This document shows positions 23,050 to 34,532 of a stretch of 34,532 nt of DNA, piece after piece. The stretch covers positions 1 to 34,532 of the forward strand of contig JNEM01013560.1 in the NCBI GenBank assembly GCA_000697335.1. Direction: 5' to 3'. Each line of letters opens with the position of its first letter. Position 1 is the first letter of the stretch. This DNA is from Conidiobolus incongruus B7586 (lineage: Eukaryota). Under the pieces are notes generated by a model, which saw only the letters and a list, made by a program, of their open reading frames with translations, ran no database searches and was not told where the DNA came from. Made by a program: the position numbers and the translations under genes.

Positions 23050-24225
23050 ATGATTTACTTCAAAATCGCTTATCCTGCTTATTCCAATGCAGCTATATAT
23101 TGATGATTCAATACTCATCAATAGGACCAAAAATATAACTAATATTATATTAAAATAACCAAACAACTACCAATCCTAATCATTCTATCATTGTCAAGGT
23201 GATTAGTATTATCACAATATTGTGAGGTGTTATTACATAAAGGGTTCAAACAATGATATTTTTCAATTTTTATAATCAATTTATAATGCCATTTATTTTA
23301 TGTTAGTAATTAATATTTTTCAACAAGATTATGTAAAATAATTACTTCTATTGATTGATTATATAAATGTCAATTCTGTATTGATTGCTGATAAGGAAGA
23401 ATTATCATCAATTTGCCTCTATTACTCGAATTAAATATCTTATTTTGTTCACAATCATTATATTAAAATTGATTAAATGTATACTTTAATTAATTTTTAT
23501 TTTTGAACTAATACTCTTTAATATTACTCAATATATACAGTTAAAATCCTGATATATCTTGAATTATTTTGATTTCTGAATAATGAAATCCAAATACAAA
23601 TTACTTGTAATTCCATTCAAAGATTAATACCGAATGAAGTATAATTTTCCATGATATTCAGATGTTCGGTTGGACATGAATTAATTACCTATTCAACTTT
23701 TATTAATTACTAATTTGCTGATTTCTAATATATAGAAACGTTAATAGGTAGAGCTAATATTTGAAATCATATTTTTTTAAATTATTTTAACACATTAAAT
23801 TGTAAAGATATTGTTATTCAGATTCGAAACCATTTGGAACAATTTCATTGTAATAACTTGGAATTCTCATATTCATCCCAAATATTCTATTTTTAATTTT
23901 GCAAATAAATTTTCATTTGAAATTCTCTAAATAATTAATTGGAATTTTTAATATATTTTTTATAATTTTTTTGATATTCCATAAAAATGCGATATTGGAA
24001 TATTAAAATCATTCAAACTGCTCAATTGGATTTCATTTTGGTTCAAATAAAATTTAATAGTAATTTGGTTATCAACGTTGTGATGATTTTCTAGGACTTC
24101 CAGGATACAGCCATTTTACCAATTTTCAAATTAAGTACAACGACCAAATTATTATTAGGTTAAATTTTTTACCGATATTCATGAAATATATTAGATATTG
24201 TAGTATTATCATTACTATTTTTCAC
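23050..24225 (-). pseudogene. Probable decayed protein-coding gene of unknown family
   Basis: Coding-like stretches such as NGCILEVLENHHNVDNQITIKFYLNQNEIQLSSLNDFNIPISHFYGISKKL and KYHCLNPLCNNTSQYCDNTNHLDNDRMIRIGSCLVILI, broken by stops and frameshifts. No family recognised. Confidence 0.3.
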
Positions 24226-25753
24226 TACTAACAATATTTAATTTATTTATTATCTACTTAAAAATTATTGTTGTAAAAAAATATATTAAATAATATAAAA
24301 TTTGATATTGCGGAATCTTTGTTATAGGTATTTTCGATATATTATATGAACTAAGAGTAAATATGTACAGCAAAAAGGATTAATTACTAAAGAGTTTCTT
24401 ATTATATCAATTAAAGGGAGCATTATTATTGATATGCAATTTTCTAATAATAAATTTCAAGCTTAACTATAGTTGAAAAATAAAATTATGGCATTTTCAA
24501 TGTGGAATTTTTCAAATAAAAATGAACATTGTATTGAATACTTGTAAATATGGACAGGTAAATGCAATCTATTCTTTATGAAAAGAACTTGATCGTATTA
24601 TACATTTAATATTATACAAACCTATTATGAAAATCATACACTTTAATTTTGAATTTTTAAACACTCAAATTCTAATAACCATTTTTAAAACAAATCCACA
24701 AAATATATTCTAAAACTAAACATTAATATATGTAATAAATCTGGGTACATAACTTCAAAGAATTACCAATACTAAGGCATGTTTATTGTTCGTAATTTGT
24801 TTTAATTTAATTTAGTCGCTGCTAATTGCCAATCTAATGATCAAATTCTGAGTTATTTTGAAACAGAAAAATATGCTAATTGAAATCACTAACAAACTCT
24901 CAATTTTAATTATTAGATTAAACAAGTTTATTGAAATATGGTAAGTAATTAAACAAATAAATATCAATTTAAAACAATAAATTATTCAAAAGAAAAATTT
25001 TAAAATTTTTGAAAAATTGAACCTCAAAAACATGGAGATAAATATTAAAATATCTATTATTCACAATATATAATAATGCATATAAGACATTGTACTACAA
25101 CTCAGGATCCGAAATCTGTGTGAATTTGATGAGTATTTCAAGATCAAAATGATTATCACTTCCAAATTGGTTTTCATAAATTCTGATATTAATATTAGAT
25201 CAATTTTTGATTAGAAAAAATAACCAGTTTTTAAGATTCCCCAAATCCACATAAATACTTTACAAACTATATTATAGTAAAATTTAAATTATATAATTAA
25301 TTATATAAAAATCACAAAGGTTCTATTTAATATATTGAAATAATGATATTTGATTTAAAATATTTGAAATTAAAATAGGTAATAATGTTTTATGTAAGAA
25401 TAATATTAAAAATAGTTATTAGGTAAATAGTTTTTATATAATAGTATAAATTAATTTTATATCCAATTTAATTTAGTAAACGAGAAACAAATTAAATATA
25501 ATATCAATTATTAGATTATAATTTAAATTTGAAAATATAATTGTAGAAATGAATTTGTTACCAACTGATTGACACTAAGTTTCGGCGTTTTCCTAGGATA
25601 AGTGACTATAATATCGAATTAGTTTCACGCTTAGCCCCGAACACCAACAAGGACAAGATTTATCCCATTCTTCCAAGTGTGGATTTGCTAAAGCCTATAA
25701 AAACTTTTATGAGTCCGCTAATAAAAGGATACGAAATTTGTTGCTACCAAATT

Positions 25754-26576
25754 ATGCAATTAACAGTCGTTTGATTCTTTTAATTTAAAATGTATTTATT
25801 TTGGTTAAATTGATATGGACAAGATGTCAAAATTAACTCTAGTAGATCCTAGAGTAACTCCACACGATGAAGTGGTCAGGGTCCGATTGGCTAACTAGCT
25901 TGTAGCTACTGTTCCTTATGTTGTGGGAAAAGTACTCACCTATCTGGAAACTCTGCTCGTCAAAACGACAGTGAAGATCGGATTGCCTTTACTACATGAG
26001 GTAACAAAATTAATATTTTTCTATTATATTTTATTCAATATTGAAAAATTTTCCCAAACATATTATCATGTTTGTCAACTCGGTAACCCATCCAATTACT
26101 ACAAGATAATGAGAATCCCCTGTCAAAACCAGTTGACGGAAGATATTGCGAACCTTGCTCTCCTGGAGACTCGTATTGTGCGACTCATGAGGAGGATTGC
26201 GGCGGTGAGCTTAGAGATCCCGATAAAAGGGCATAAGCAATCAACTATGCAAGACAGAGGTTTCATGGTAGAATCCAACCCGACGCTAGGCACTCCGACC
26301 ACGGCTCTACCTTAAGGTCATAATAGACAATCATCATTCTAGACTAAATTATTTGAGTTAACATTACTTGGCCGAGATAAATTCAGGCCAGATAATCACT
26401 GTCGACCCTCACACACTAGCATATGAACCCAATTTACCCACCATGCTCGCCACTTAGCTAGTTATATATGCGCTTCAACTTGTCCTTCTTATCCTGAACG
26501 TACTAACCGCTTCTGAAATCAGTGATCTGGCGACCTTGACTCTGACCAGCATTGTGAGCATGTAAAACGTATATAG
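25754..26576 (+). pseudogene. GC-rich, Cys-rich degenerate coding island (probable pseudogene)
   Basis: TATAAAAA at ~25697, ATG at 25754, intron-like GTATTT...TTAAC..TAG (~25792-25842) and GTAAC donor at 26001. Frame fragments YCEPCSPGDSYCATHEEDCGG and YICASTCPSYPERTNRF are interrupted by TAA/TAG/TGA. Confidence 0.4.
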
Positions 26577-27239
26577 AACATTTTATTGAATAAATTTGGA
26601 TTGTGATTTATTAATATCATTGATATGATATTTATCTAAAATAATTCAATGACAATTTAGCTGATATTGTTAACCACTAAATAAGGGATATGTGAATATT
26701 CTGTTATTAGAAAATTTTTTTGTTATTATTTGGCATTTTAAATCAATATGAAAAACTAGATTAAATGGAAAAAATAACCTCTATAATTATTAATATATTG
26801 CCAAATTATTTATTAATTTCAAGCTATTCAAATTTTTTAAATATATTACTTAAATTAAATTATGAACAATTGATAAAGAATATAATGCTCATATTTATTT
26901 AAATATTCCTTTATTGTGCTTAATTAAATAACAGAAAATATATGTTAATTAATAATAATAATAATATAGAATATGTTATTAGCTTTAATGATGTCACTTA
27001 ATAAAATTTGACCGAAAGCGGATTGAAGAATAAGAATCAGTTTCAATCAATTTAACTAATCAAAACCTGAAATAAGAATATGATGAAGAAAATTGTAATA
27101 AGGATTTTGAATATTTCAATTGTCCAATAAATTTTTATTTTGAGAAATGTTGAAATGATATAAAAATTAAAGTTATATAACACCTAATAATATCATCATT
27201 TTGTTCAAATTTTTTAATTATAATATAAATAAGATAAAT

Positions 27240-28193
27240 ATGGATTTCAATATAAACGATTTAACTTTTATTAATTATTTATTCAATTCCTTATTATTAT
27301 CTCAAGGCATATTCTCAATCTTATTAAATATATTTTTAATATATATAATTTCTCGAAAATGTGAGATTGATTCTGTAGAAATTAAAATCATATTAATTTT
27401 ATGCTGTATTGAATTGATAAATGGCTCGGAATCATTTATAATGTCTATATTGAAATTAAGGTTTGGATATACTTGGCTTGAAAAGGAATCGGCACAATGT
27501 AAATATAATTCATCGATCCATCAAATAATTATTCGGGTGCAGTTGAGTACTGTTGCAGTTTTGTCATTCTTGAGATATTTAATTGTTTGTTATAAAATCC
27601 AAAAAGGATTGAAGTTTTGGTTGTTTATTTTAATATTGGCAATGGTACCGGCCATCAGTATATTTACATATGGTGCTATTATTGGAGATGCAAACCCTAC
27701 AGCGTCGTATGTTTATTGTATACCATTTAAAAATCCCGGTTCAGTGTCATCTGTAATGATGGTGTTCGTCCCTCTATTATTCCTTATCCCTTGTTGGATT
27801 ACCACATTCAGCTATTTTTCAATTGGTTGGACAGCTAATAAGAGATTAAATCAAATGACACTTGAAGCAGAATCAAGCCAAGACAATAATCTATTAGAAA
27901 TCATTCGAAAACAAAAAATTAAACTATTTCTACAGCTATTATTGGTATTCATAGTATATAACGTGAATTATATGCCATCTTATACCACTTGGATTTTAAA
28001 ATACGCCATTGGTTATAAACGCCCACCTTTTATAGACGCAATGGTTTATTTGTTAGTACATTTTACTGTTGTAATGAATCCAATTATAACAATTACATTT
28101 CAACCTGAAGTAAATGATATTATAGTATTAACAATTTTAAAGTTTAAAGCTAAATGGAAGAAAATTCTGAAAAATATGATATCTAATCAATAA
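27240..28193 (+). CDS. Seven-transmembrane class-A (rhodopsin-like) GPCR-like protein, intronless (317 aa)
   Basis: ATG at 27240. Seven hydrophobic segments; TM1 Asn (LLN); Cys before TM3 and in ECL2 (YVYC); FLRY at the DRY position; YMP in TM6; NPIIT at the NPxxY position; basic helix 8. Confidence 0.87.
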   Translation: MDFNINDLTFINYLFNSLLLSQGIFSILLNIFLIYIISRKCEIDSVEIKIILILCCIELINGSESFIMSILKLRFGYTWLEKESAQCKYNSSIHQIIIRVQLSTVAVLSFLRYLIVCYKIQKGLKFWLFILILAMVPAISIFTYGAIIGDANPTASYVYCIPFKNPGSVSSVMMVFVPLLFLIPCWITTFSYFSIGWTANKRLNQMTLEAESSQDNNLLEIIRKQKIKLFLQLLLVFIVYNVNYMPSYTTWILKYAIGYKRPPFIDAMVYLLVHFTVVMNPIITITFQPEVNDIIVLTILKFKAKWKKILKNMISNQ

Positions 28194-28319
28194 ATAATGC
28201 ATTTTAAATATTTAAATTAATTATTTCATATATTTGTTAATGATTATTAACGTAATCAATAACTTAATACATTAGAGCTATTAATACATGTTATATTAAT
28301 ATAAAACATACATTTAATA

Positions 28320-28725
28320 TTTTATTGCTAGCATCTATTTTGACAGTTCTGGAAATTTCCACTTGTTTTGAAACCACCTATCAAATTTTAATCGAAACCT
28401 AGATAAATTATCACTTATTACAAATACAGTTGAATATTATTTTATATTAATCTTTATTTTAGACAGTAAAGCACCAAATGGACAGTTTTCGTCCATAGTC
28501 AAATATTAACAACTATGATGGTATTTTTTCCCATTAATACAAGAATTAGTTGGACTTTTATCAAGTAATCTTAATCAGTGGAATAAAATGGGAAAAGTTA
28601 AGCCTATACAACCTCTAGGTGGATTCTGATTTTACTTCTTATTTAATATTAAATAACACTATAATTAGATTTAAAACAAGATCCAACTACAAAGTATTTT
28701 ATACTCTTATTTCTTAAAAACTGCA
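28320..28725 (+). pseudogene. Probable decayed spliced gene next to the right-hand repeat block
   Basis: Signal-like LLASILTVLEISTCF. Acceptor TTTTAG at ~28461; exon DSKAPNGQFSSIVKY*QL*WYFFPLIQELVGLLSSNLNQWNKMGKVKPIQPL; a GT..AG intron (~28619-28668); then DLKQDPTTKYF. Stops are compatible with CAA->TAA and CGA/TGG->TGA. Confidence 0.35.
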
Positions 28726-29013
28726 AAAATATTAATTATAATAATATAACTAATATCTTAATTCTCAAAATATATATTTATCTGGATTGTTGAATCAAAA
28801 TTTAATTAAAAAATTTGGCTTCCAAGCCTTATTTAAATATATATAAAATGAATTATCTTTATAAATATTAGTATTTATAATAGAATATATTATTATTATA
28901 TATATGGCCTTATAAAACTTTATAAAATTAATATATAAATTTTATAGTTTGATTAAAAAAAATAATAATTTTATTGTTAATAAAATTTATTCAGATATTT
29001 CAATTTTGTAATA

Positions 29014-30263
29014 TTACCATGATATTAAAGAAATAGGAAATCTTTTAATATATGATGTTTCATATGTATTATTAGTTTCAGGAATAAATTATATATATCA
29101 TAAATAATTTAATACATAGATTGTTTTTCATTAAAATATTAACTGTTAAAATTTATTATATAATTTGGCTATATTTAAATTTAATAATAATCATCAAAAT
29201 TCTTTTATTATAGTAATAATAAAACTTAAATATAAATTTTTCAAAATAATTTCAAATTTACCATTAATTTTTATTAATAAAGTTTATTTAAATTAAATAT
29301 TAATTTCTAGGAAAATTATTTAAAATTTATTAAAATATAATAAAATAGTTTTAAATATTATTTTTTTAATTTAATAAAATTAAAAAATATATTGAAGTAT
29401 ATCATTTTATATTAATTAAAGAATTATTAATATAATTTGTTAATAATTTTTATCATATATTATATATTTTATATTCTAAAATTATAATAATTAGTAGAGA
29501 TATAATATAAATACTTTATAATTTAACTAAATCTTAAAAAAACTAAAGTAATTATAGCTAAACAAAGCTCATTAAGATATATCAAAAAGCTAAAGCTATT
29601 ATAGCATATTATTATAGTTTATTAATCATGAATTTTGCATAATATTATATCTTAATACATATATAAATAATTAATTAAGCTAAAGTAAACCCCTTTATAA
29701 ATTACAATAAATAAACATTTATCGATAATAAAATGATATTCATTATTATTATATATAATAATTGTATATATTATTCTTATTCAATTTTTGGAAGACAAAA
29801 GAATTAATAATAAATTTTATAACCTTTTACATATACTTTCTCTAATACATATTATTAATATTTTTTACAAATATATACGATTATTTAAAATACTTATATT
29901 ACATTTAAAGCTTTAATTATAAATTGTTTTGAAATTAAAAATTATTAAAATGACTATCATAACTTATATATAAAATTGATTATAACCTATTTAATTCTAA
30001 TTTCATAAGTAATTAAAGAGTTCATTTATAATTAAGATAATTATTTATAAATAATAATTAGTTGGTAAAATATGAAATTTCAGTTTTTAATAAAAAGATT
30101 TTATTAATTATTAAAAGTCTGGTAAAATATAGCAAAAAAAAAAGATTAATAATTTAAAAAAATATTAATTTTATATTATATATTTAATTTTATAAATTTT
30201 ATATCAAAATATTTATTCATTTTTAATCTCAAAAACTACTCAAAATTTGAAATACAAAGTAAA
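29014..30263 (+). mobile_element. Mariner-like element, highly decayed, apparently full length
   Basis: Left TIR TA|TTACCATGATATTAAAGAAATAGGAAAT. 29160-29630 aligns with 8220-8710 and 30060-30263 aligns with 9130-9334. Right end approximate. Confidence 0.72.
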
Positions 30264-31891
30264 TATGTAATTAAAGTTATAACTATAGTTGACAAGAAAT
30301 TAAAATCAAATATGAAAATTAATTAAAATGGATATGAAAGCAATAAATAAAAGTAATAGATATTAATAATGTATGATAATATATAAGTAACAATAATTAA
30401 TTTTTTTGGAAATAATCGGTTTTATATAAAAATATATACTTAAAAATTATTTTAGAATAATATTATAAATTAATAATTTGTATTATATTAATATAATCTT
30501 GGTATTTTTTTATATAATTTCATATAAAAATAAAGTCAATTATGAAATTATTTCGAAAAAATAACAATTACTATATTTGACTTTAAGAAGTAAAATTTGA
30601 TCTCTTTTTATATTCTCATATAATAAATATAAAATACAATACGTAAGATTTTAAATATAATATAATTTATTGATCTTGAACCAAATTTGTTTTTAAATCT
30701 GAATAATTTCCTTTTCTTAAATATTAATTGAATGTAAAAGAAATAAATATAATTAATTATTTCAATTATTTATATAATAAATTATTAAGTAATTAATGTA
30801 AAAACAAGATTTAATATTAAAATATTATTGTTTATTAAAAGAATGTAAAAATTTTATAAAGAATAAAAGTTTAAATAGTTAATATATAAAGTTATCATTT
30901 TATTGCTTTTTATAAATTAGAAAGATTTTTTTAAATTTCAAGCTCAAAAAATAATTAAAAATCTAAAAATGAATTTTATTGCTTATAATTTAAGTATTGG
31001 AATATTCTATGATTAAATAAAATATTATTATATATAAAATATTAAAATTAATAAATAATATAAAATTAATACTTTTAAATATTTTTAATAAATTTTTGCC
31101 ATACTATTAGCAAGGTTTGAACATTTAAAAAATAATTCTTTTTATTAGAGATTAAGGTTTAATATTTTATAAATTAATAAAATTTTTTTATAATCATTTT
31201 TTTTAAATACTTAAAACAATTATGATTATATAGATTATAATGTAAAAGATATAGTAGATATGATAGTCTTTTCTAGTTATTTTCAATTAAAAAATTATTT
31301 ATAGCTTTGTAAATTTCATAATTATTATACAAAATAATAGGTTTTTTTAAGTTATAATACGAATATTAAATAAAGAGAGTTTAATTTAAAAAAGTAATAT
31401 AAAGTTAATTATTAATTAAATAGCTTTTATAAATTAAATTAAAATAATATATATTATTATATTCTATTATAATAACTAATATTTTTTATCAATAAACTAT
31501 TTATTTAAGAAAATTTACAAAAAAGGCTGATTTAGCTTAAACTAACTTGTTAATTTATTTTTTAATAAATGATTTTAAAAAAAATTAAGATTTATCGATT
31601 ATTATAGTTTATTATTAAGACTTTAGTCTTTAGCTATATATTAATAAGTTTTATTTCATAATAGCTATTATAACTATATTTTGAGCTTTTATTTAATTAT
31701 AATATATTTATTTGATATTTTAATTAAATTAACTTGGTTTAAACTTTAATATATATAATTATTATATTAATAATATTAAAGTATCTTTATATCATATTAA
31801 TTAAAATAAAAAGATATTTTTTATTATCTTTTTTAACTATTATAATATTTAAAAAATGATAACTAAAATCAAATTTAATTTTTAGTAAATA

Positions 31892-33200
31892 TTGGTTTAT
31901 AATTTAATTAATAGGAATTTTTTGTGATTGAAAAAAATAAAGATTTTAATATATAATATATTAAAAAAATATATAATATAAATTTAATAGTTCTCTCATT
32001 ATTAATAACTTTTTGTTATATTTTTGGTAAACTTTTAATAATTAAAAAATAATTTTCTTATTAAGGATTGAAATTTAATATTTTATAAATTAATTAAATA
32101 TTTTTATAATAATTTTCTTTCTTATAAGTTAGTTTTTTAATTACCAAACACAATCTTAATTATATAAGCTATAATCTAGGGAATATATTAGATATGGTAG
32201 TTTTTTCCAGTTATTTTTAATTAGGAAGATTTTATAGTTTTAGATTTATATATTTTAAAATTATTATGCAAAATAATAGATTTTCTTAAATTATATTAAA
32301 ACCACCAATAAGAAATACTTTTATTTAAAAAAAACAATATAATATTTATTGTTAATTGATAATGCTTCAAAAACTAAATAAAAATAGCATATACTACTAT
32401 AATCTATTATAATAATAAAATTTGCTTATTAATAAAATATTTATTTATAAGGATTTATAAAGAGTGTTGTTTTAACATAATCTAATATTTTGATTTGTAA
32501 TTTAATAAAAAGTTATATATAAGGATCTAAGATTTATCAATTATAATTATTTATTATAAAAGCTTAGGTTTCTAGAAATATTTTAGTAAGTTTTATTTAG
32601 CAATAGCTATTTTAGCTTTTTTTTTAGTTTTAGTTATATTAAACAAATACCTATTTTATACTTTTATTTATCAATTTAATTTTAGATTTTAAAATATTAA
32701 AAATATTTATAAGATTAAAATTAAAATATTTTGATAATTTTTTAACTGAAATAAAAAAATAATTTTTAATATATTTTTTTTATTTTATTAATAATTAAAA
32801 AAATAACAGTTAAAGTTGGTTTTTTAGATTTTAATAGGTTTTGGATAGTTTCTCTCTTAGCCTTAAAATAGTTTACCCAATAATAAATAGTTGATTTTAA
32901 TAATATTTTATTATCAAAACTTGCTTGTAAATTTTAAATAATTTAAAAAATTTATAGTTAAGCTTTACTAATACTAAAATAAAAAGATTCTGATCATTAT
33001 TATTTAGTTTAAATATATTTAAATTAAATAACTGCTTTTAAAAAAGTTAATTATTGAATCAAAAAAAAATAATAATATATATATAATTTAATAAAATATA
33101 ATTTCTGATTTAATTTATATATATTTATTTATTTAAAATTAATGATATTTTTGGAAAATCAGAATTTCAAAAATTTCCTATTATTATTAATTTTAGATAA
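31892..33200 (-). mobile_element. Mariner-like (DD~34D) element, 1309 bp, nested copy
   Basis: TA at 31890-31891 and 33201-33202. Reverse complement of 8044-9334. Minus strand reads KSIILHNN (ILHDN) and NWKKLPYLIYSLDYSLYN*DC (W..LPHPPYSPD.SPxD). Inferred second and third D codons are 104 nt apart (105 expected for D34D). Confidence 0.85.
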
Positions 33201-34473
33201 TATTAAATAATTTTTTTAGTTATAAAATAACTTACCAAATGATAAATAATAAATTTACAAAATATATTTTTATTAAAAGCTATATTTAAACTTTAAATAA
33301 TTTTAAAAATTTAATATTTAAGTTTTACAAATATTGAACTAAAAGAGTATTGATGATGATTATTTTATTATATATAATTATATTAAATAAATTTTAAAAA
33401 ATTATTTTTTTAATCAAAAAAATAATAATATATATATAATTTAATAAAATATAATTTCTGATTTAATTTATATATATTTATTTATTTAAAATTAATGATA
33501 TTTTTGGAAAATCAGAATTTCAAAAATTTCCTATTATTATTAATTTTAGATAATATTAAATAATTTTTTTAGTTATAAAATAACTTACCAAATGATAAAT
33601 AATAAATTTACAAAATATATTTTTATTAAAAGCTATATTTAAACTTTAAATAATTTTAAAAATTTAATATTTAAGTTTTACAAATATTGAACTAAAAGAG
33701 TATTGATGATGATTATTTTATTATATATAATTATATTAAATAAATTTTAAAAAATTATTTTTTTAATCAAAAAAATAATAATATATATATAATTTAATAA
33801 AATATAATTTCTGATTTAATTTATATATATTTATTTATTTAAAATTAATGATATTTTTGGAAAATCAGAATTTCAAAAATTTCCTATTATTATTAATTTT
33901 AGATAATATTAAATAATTTTTTTAGTTATAAAATAACTTACCAAATGATAAATAATAAATTTACAAAATATATTTTTATTAAAAGCTATATTTAAACTTT
34001 AAATAATTTTAAAAATTTAATATTTAAGTTTTACAAATATTGAACTAAAAGAGTATTGATGATGATTATTTTATTATATATAATTATATTAAATAAATTT
34101 TAAAAAATTATTTTTTTAATCAAAAAAATAATAATATATATATAATTTAATAAAATATAATTTCTGATTTAATTTATATATATTTATTTATTTAAAATTA
34201 ATGATATTTTTGGAAAATCAGAATTTCAAAAATTTCCTATTATTATTAATTTTAGATAATATTAAATAATTTTTTTAGTTATAAAATAACTTACCAAATG
34301 ATAAATAATAAATTTACAAAATATATTTTTATTAAAAGCTATATTTAAACTTTAAATAATTTTAAAAATTTAATATTTAAGTTTTACAAATATTGAACTA
34401 AAAGAGTATTGATGATGATTATTTTATTATATATAATTATATTAAATAAATTTTAAAAAATTATTTTTTTAAT
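33057..34473. repeat. Tandem array, 4 x 353 bp, near-identical units
   Basis: Marker AGAATTTCAAAAATTTCC recurs at 33161, 33514, 33867 and 34220 (period 353). The only difference seen is the A-run length (9 vs 7) in unit 1. Confidence 0.97.
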
Positions 34474-34532
34474 TTCAAAACCTATTATTTATTAATATAT
34501 TTAATTTAAAGCTATATTTGCTTTTTTATTTT

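Larger units (their letters stand above)
30979..34532 (-). mobile_element. Mariner-like element (host copy), interrupted at 31890 by another mariner copy, with its remainder partly amplified in the tandem array
   Basis: End TA|TTGCTTATAATTTAAGTATTGGAATATT. 30979-31889 aligns with 31892-~32835. Sequence after 33202 resumes at the homologous position (matches ~32843-33056 of the nested copy). Confidence 0.75.

Noticed and set aside
25923..26315. 130-aa ORF as an intact gene; selenocysteine reading of nearby TGA codons
   Set aside because: The ORF starts at GTG and runs through an AT-rich intron-like stretch. The Cys-rich frame also contains TAA/TAG, so Sec recoding would not rescue it.
30266..30976. 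Possible fragment of another mariner subfamily
   Set aside because: Only a faint KV...WKG-like trace near 30890-30945; insufficient evidence.
33057..34473. CRISPR array or telomeric repeat
   Set aside because: Units are 353 bp, contiguous and lack unique spacers; they are explained by mariner sequence. The context is eukaryotic and no cas gene is present.

Overview
Very AT-rich eukaryotic genomic DNA, most likely fungal. Short (mostly ~45-75 nt) GT-AG introns, ARV1, glyoxalase II and an intronless class-A-like 7TM receptor suggest an early-diverging fungus such as Conidiobolus (inference only). The window has three compartments. (1) 1-~14.5 kb is a CpG-free transposon graveyard: three copies of a ~1.56-kb DD34E Tc1 element with Sleeping-Beauty-like IR/DR ends, a full-length 5.7-kb Ty3/Gypsy chromovirus (400-bp LTRs, ATTTT TSD) nested in the first Tc1 copy, and mariner-like (DD~34D) elements. 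All are wrecked almost entirely by C->T/G->A transitions, a RIP-like signature. (2) ~14.5-28.7 kb is a gene island: a GPI-anchored Ser/Thr-rich protein, 7-exon ARV1 (absent from the ORF track), a divergent Mps1/TTK-like kinase, 6-exon glyoxalase II, a rhodopsin-like GPCR and several decayed gene fragments. (3) ~28.7 kb to the end holds three more mariner copies (one nested in another) and a near-perfect 4 x 353-bp tandem array built from the nested-mariner junction. The best candidate for an undescribed system is a RIP-like repeat mutator with a broad CpA/CpT/CpG spectrum in an apparently non-Dikarya genome. All alignments and translations were done by eye; no database searches were run.
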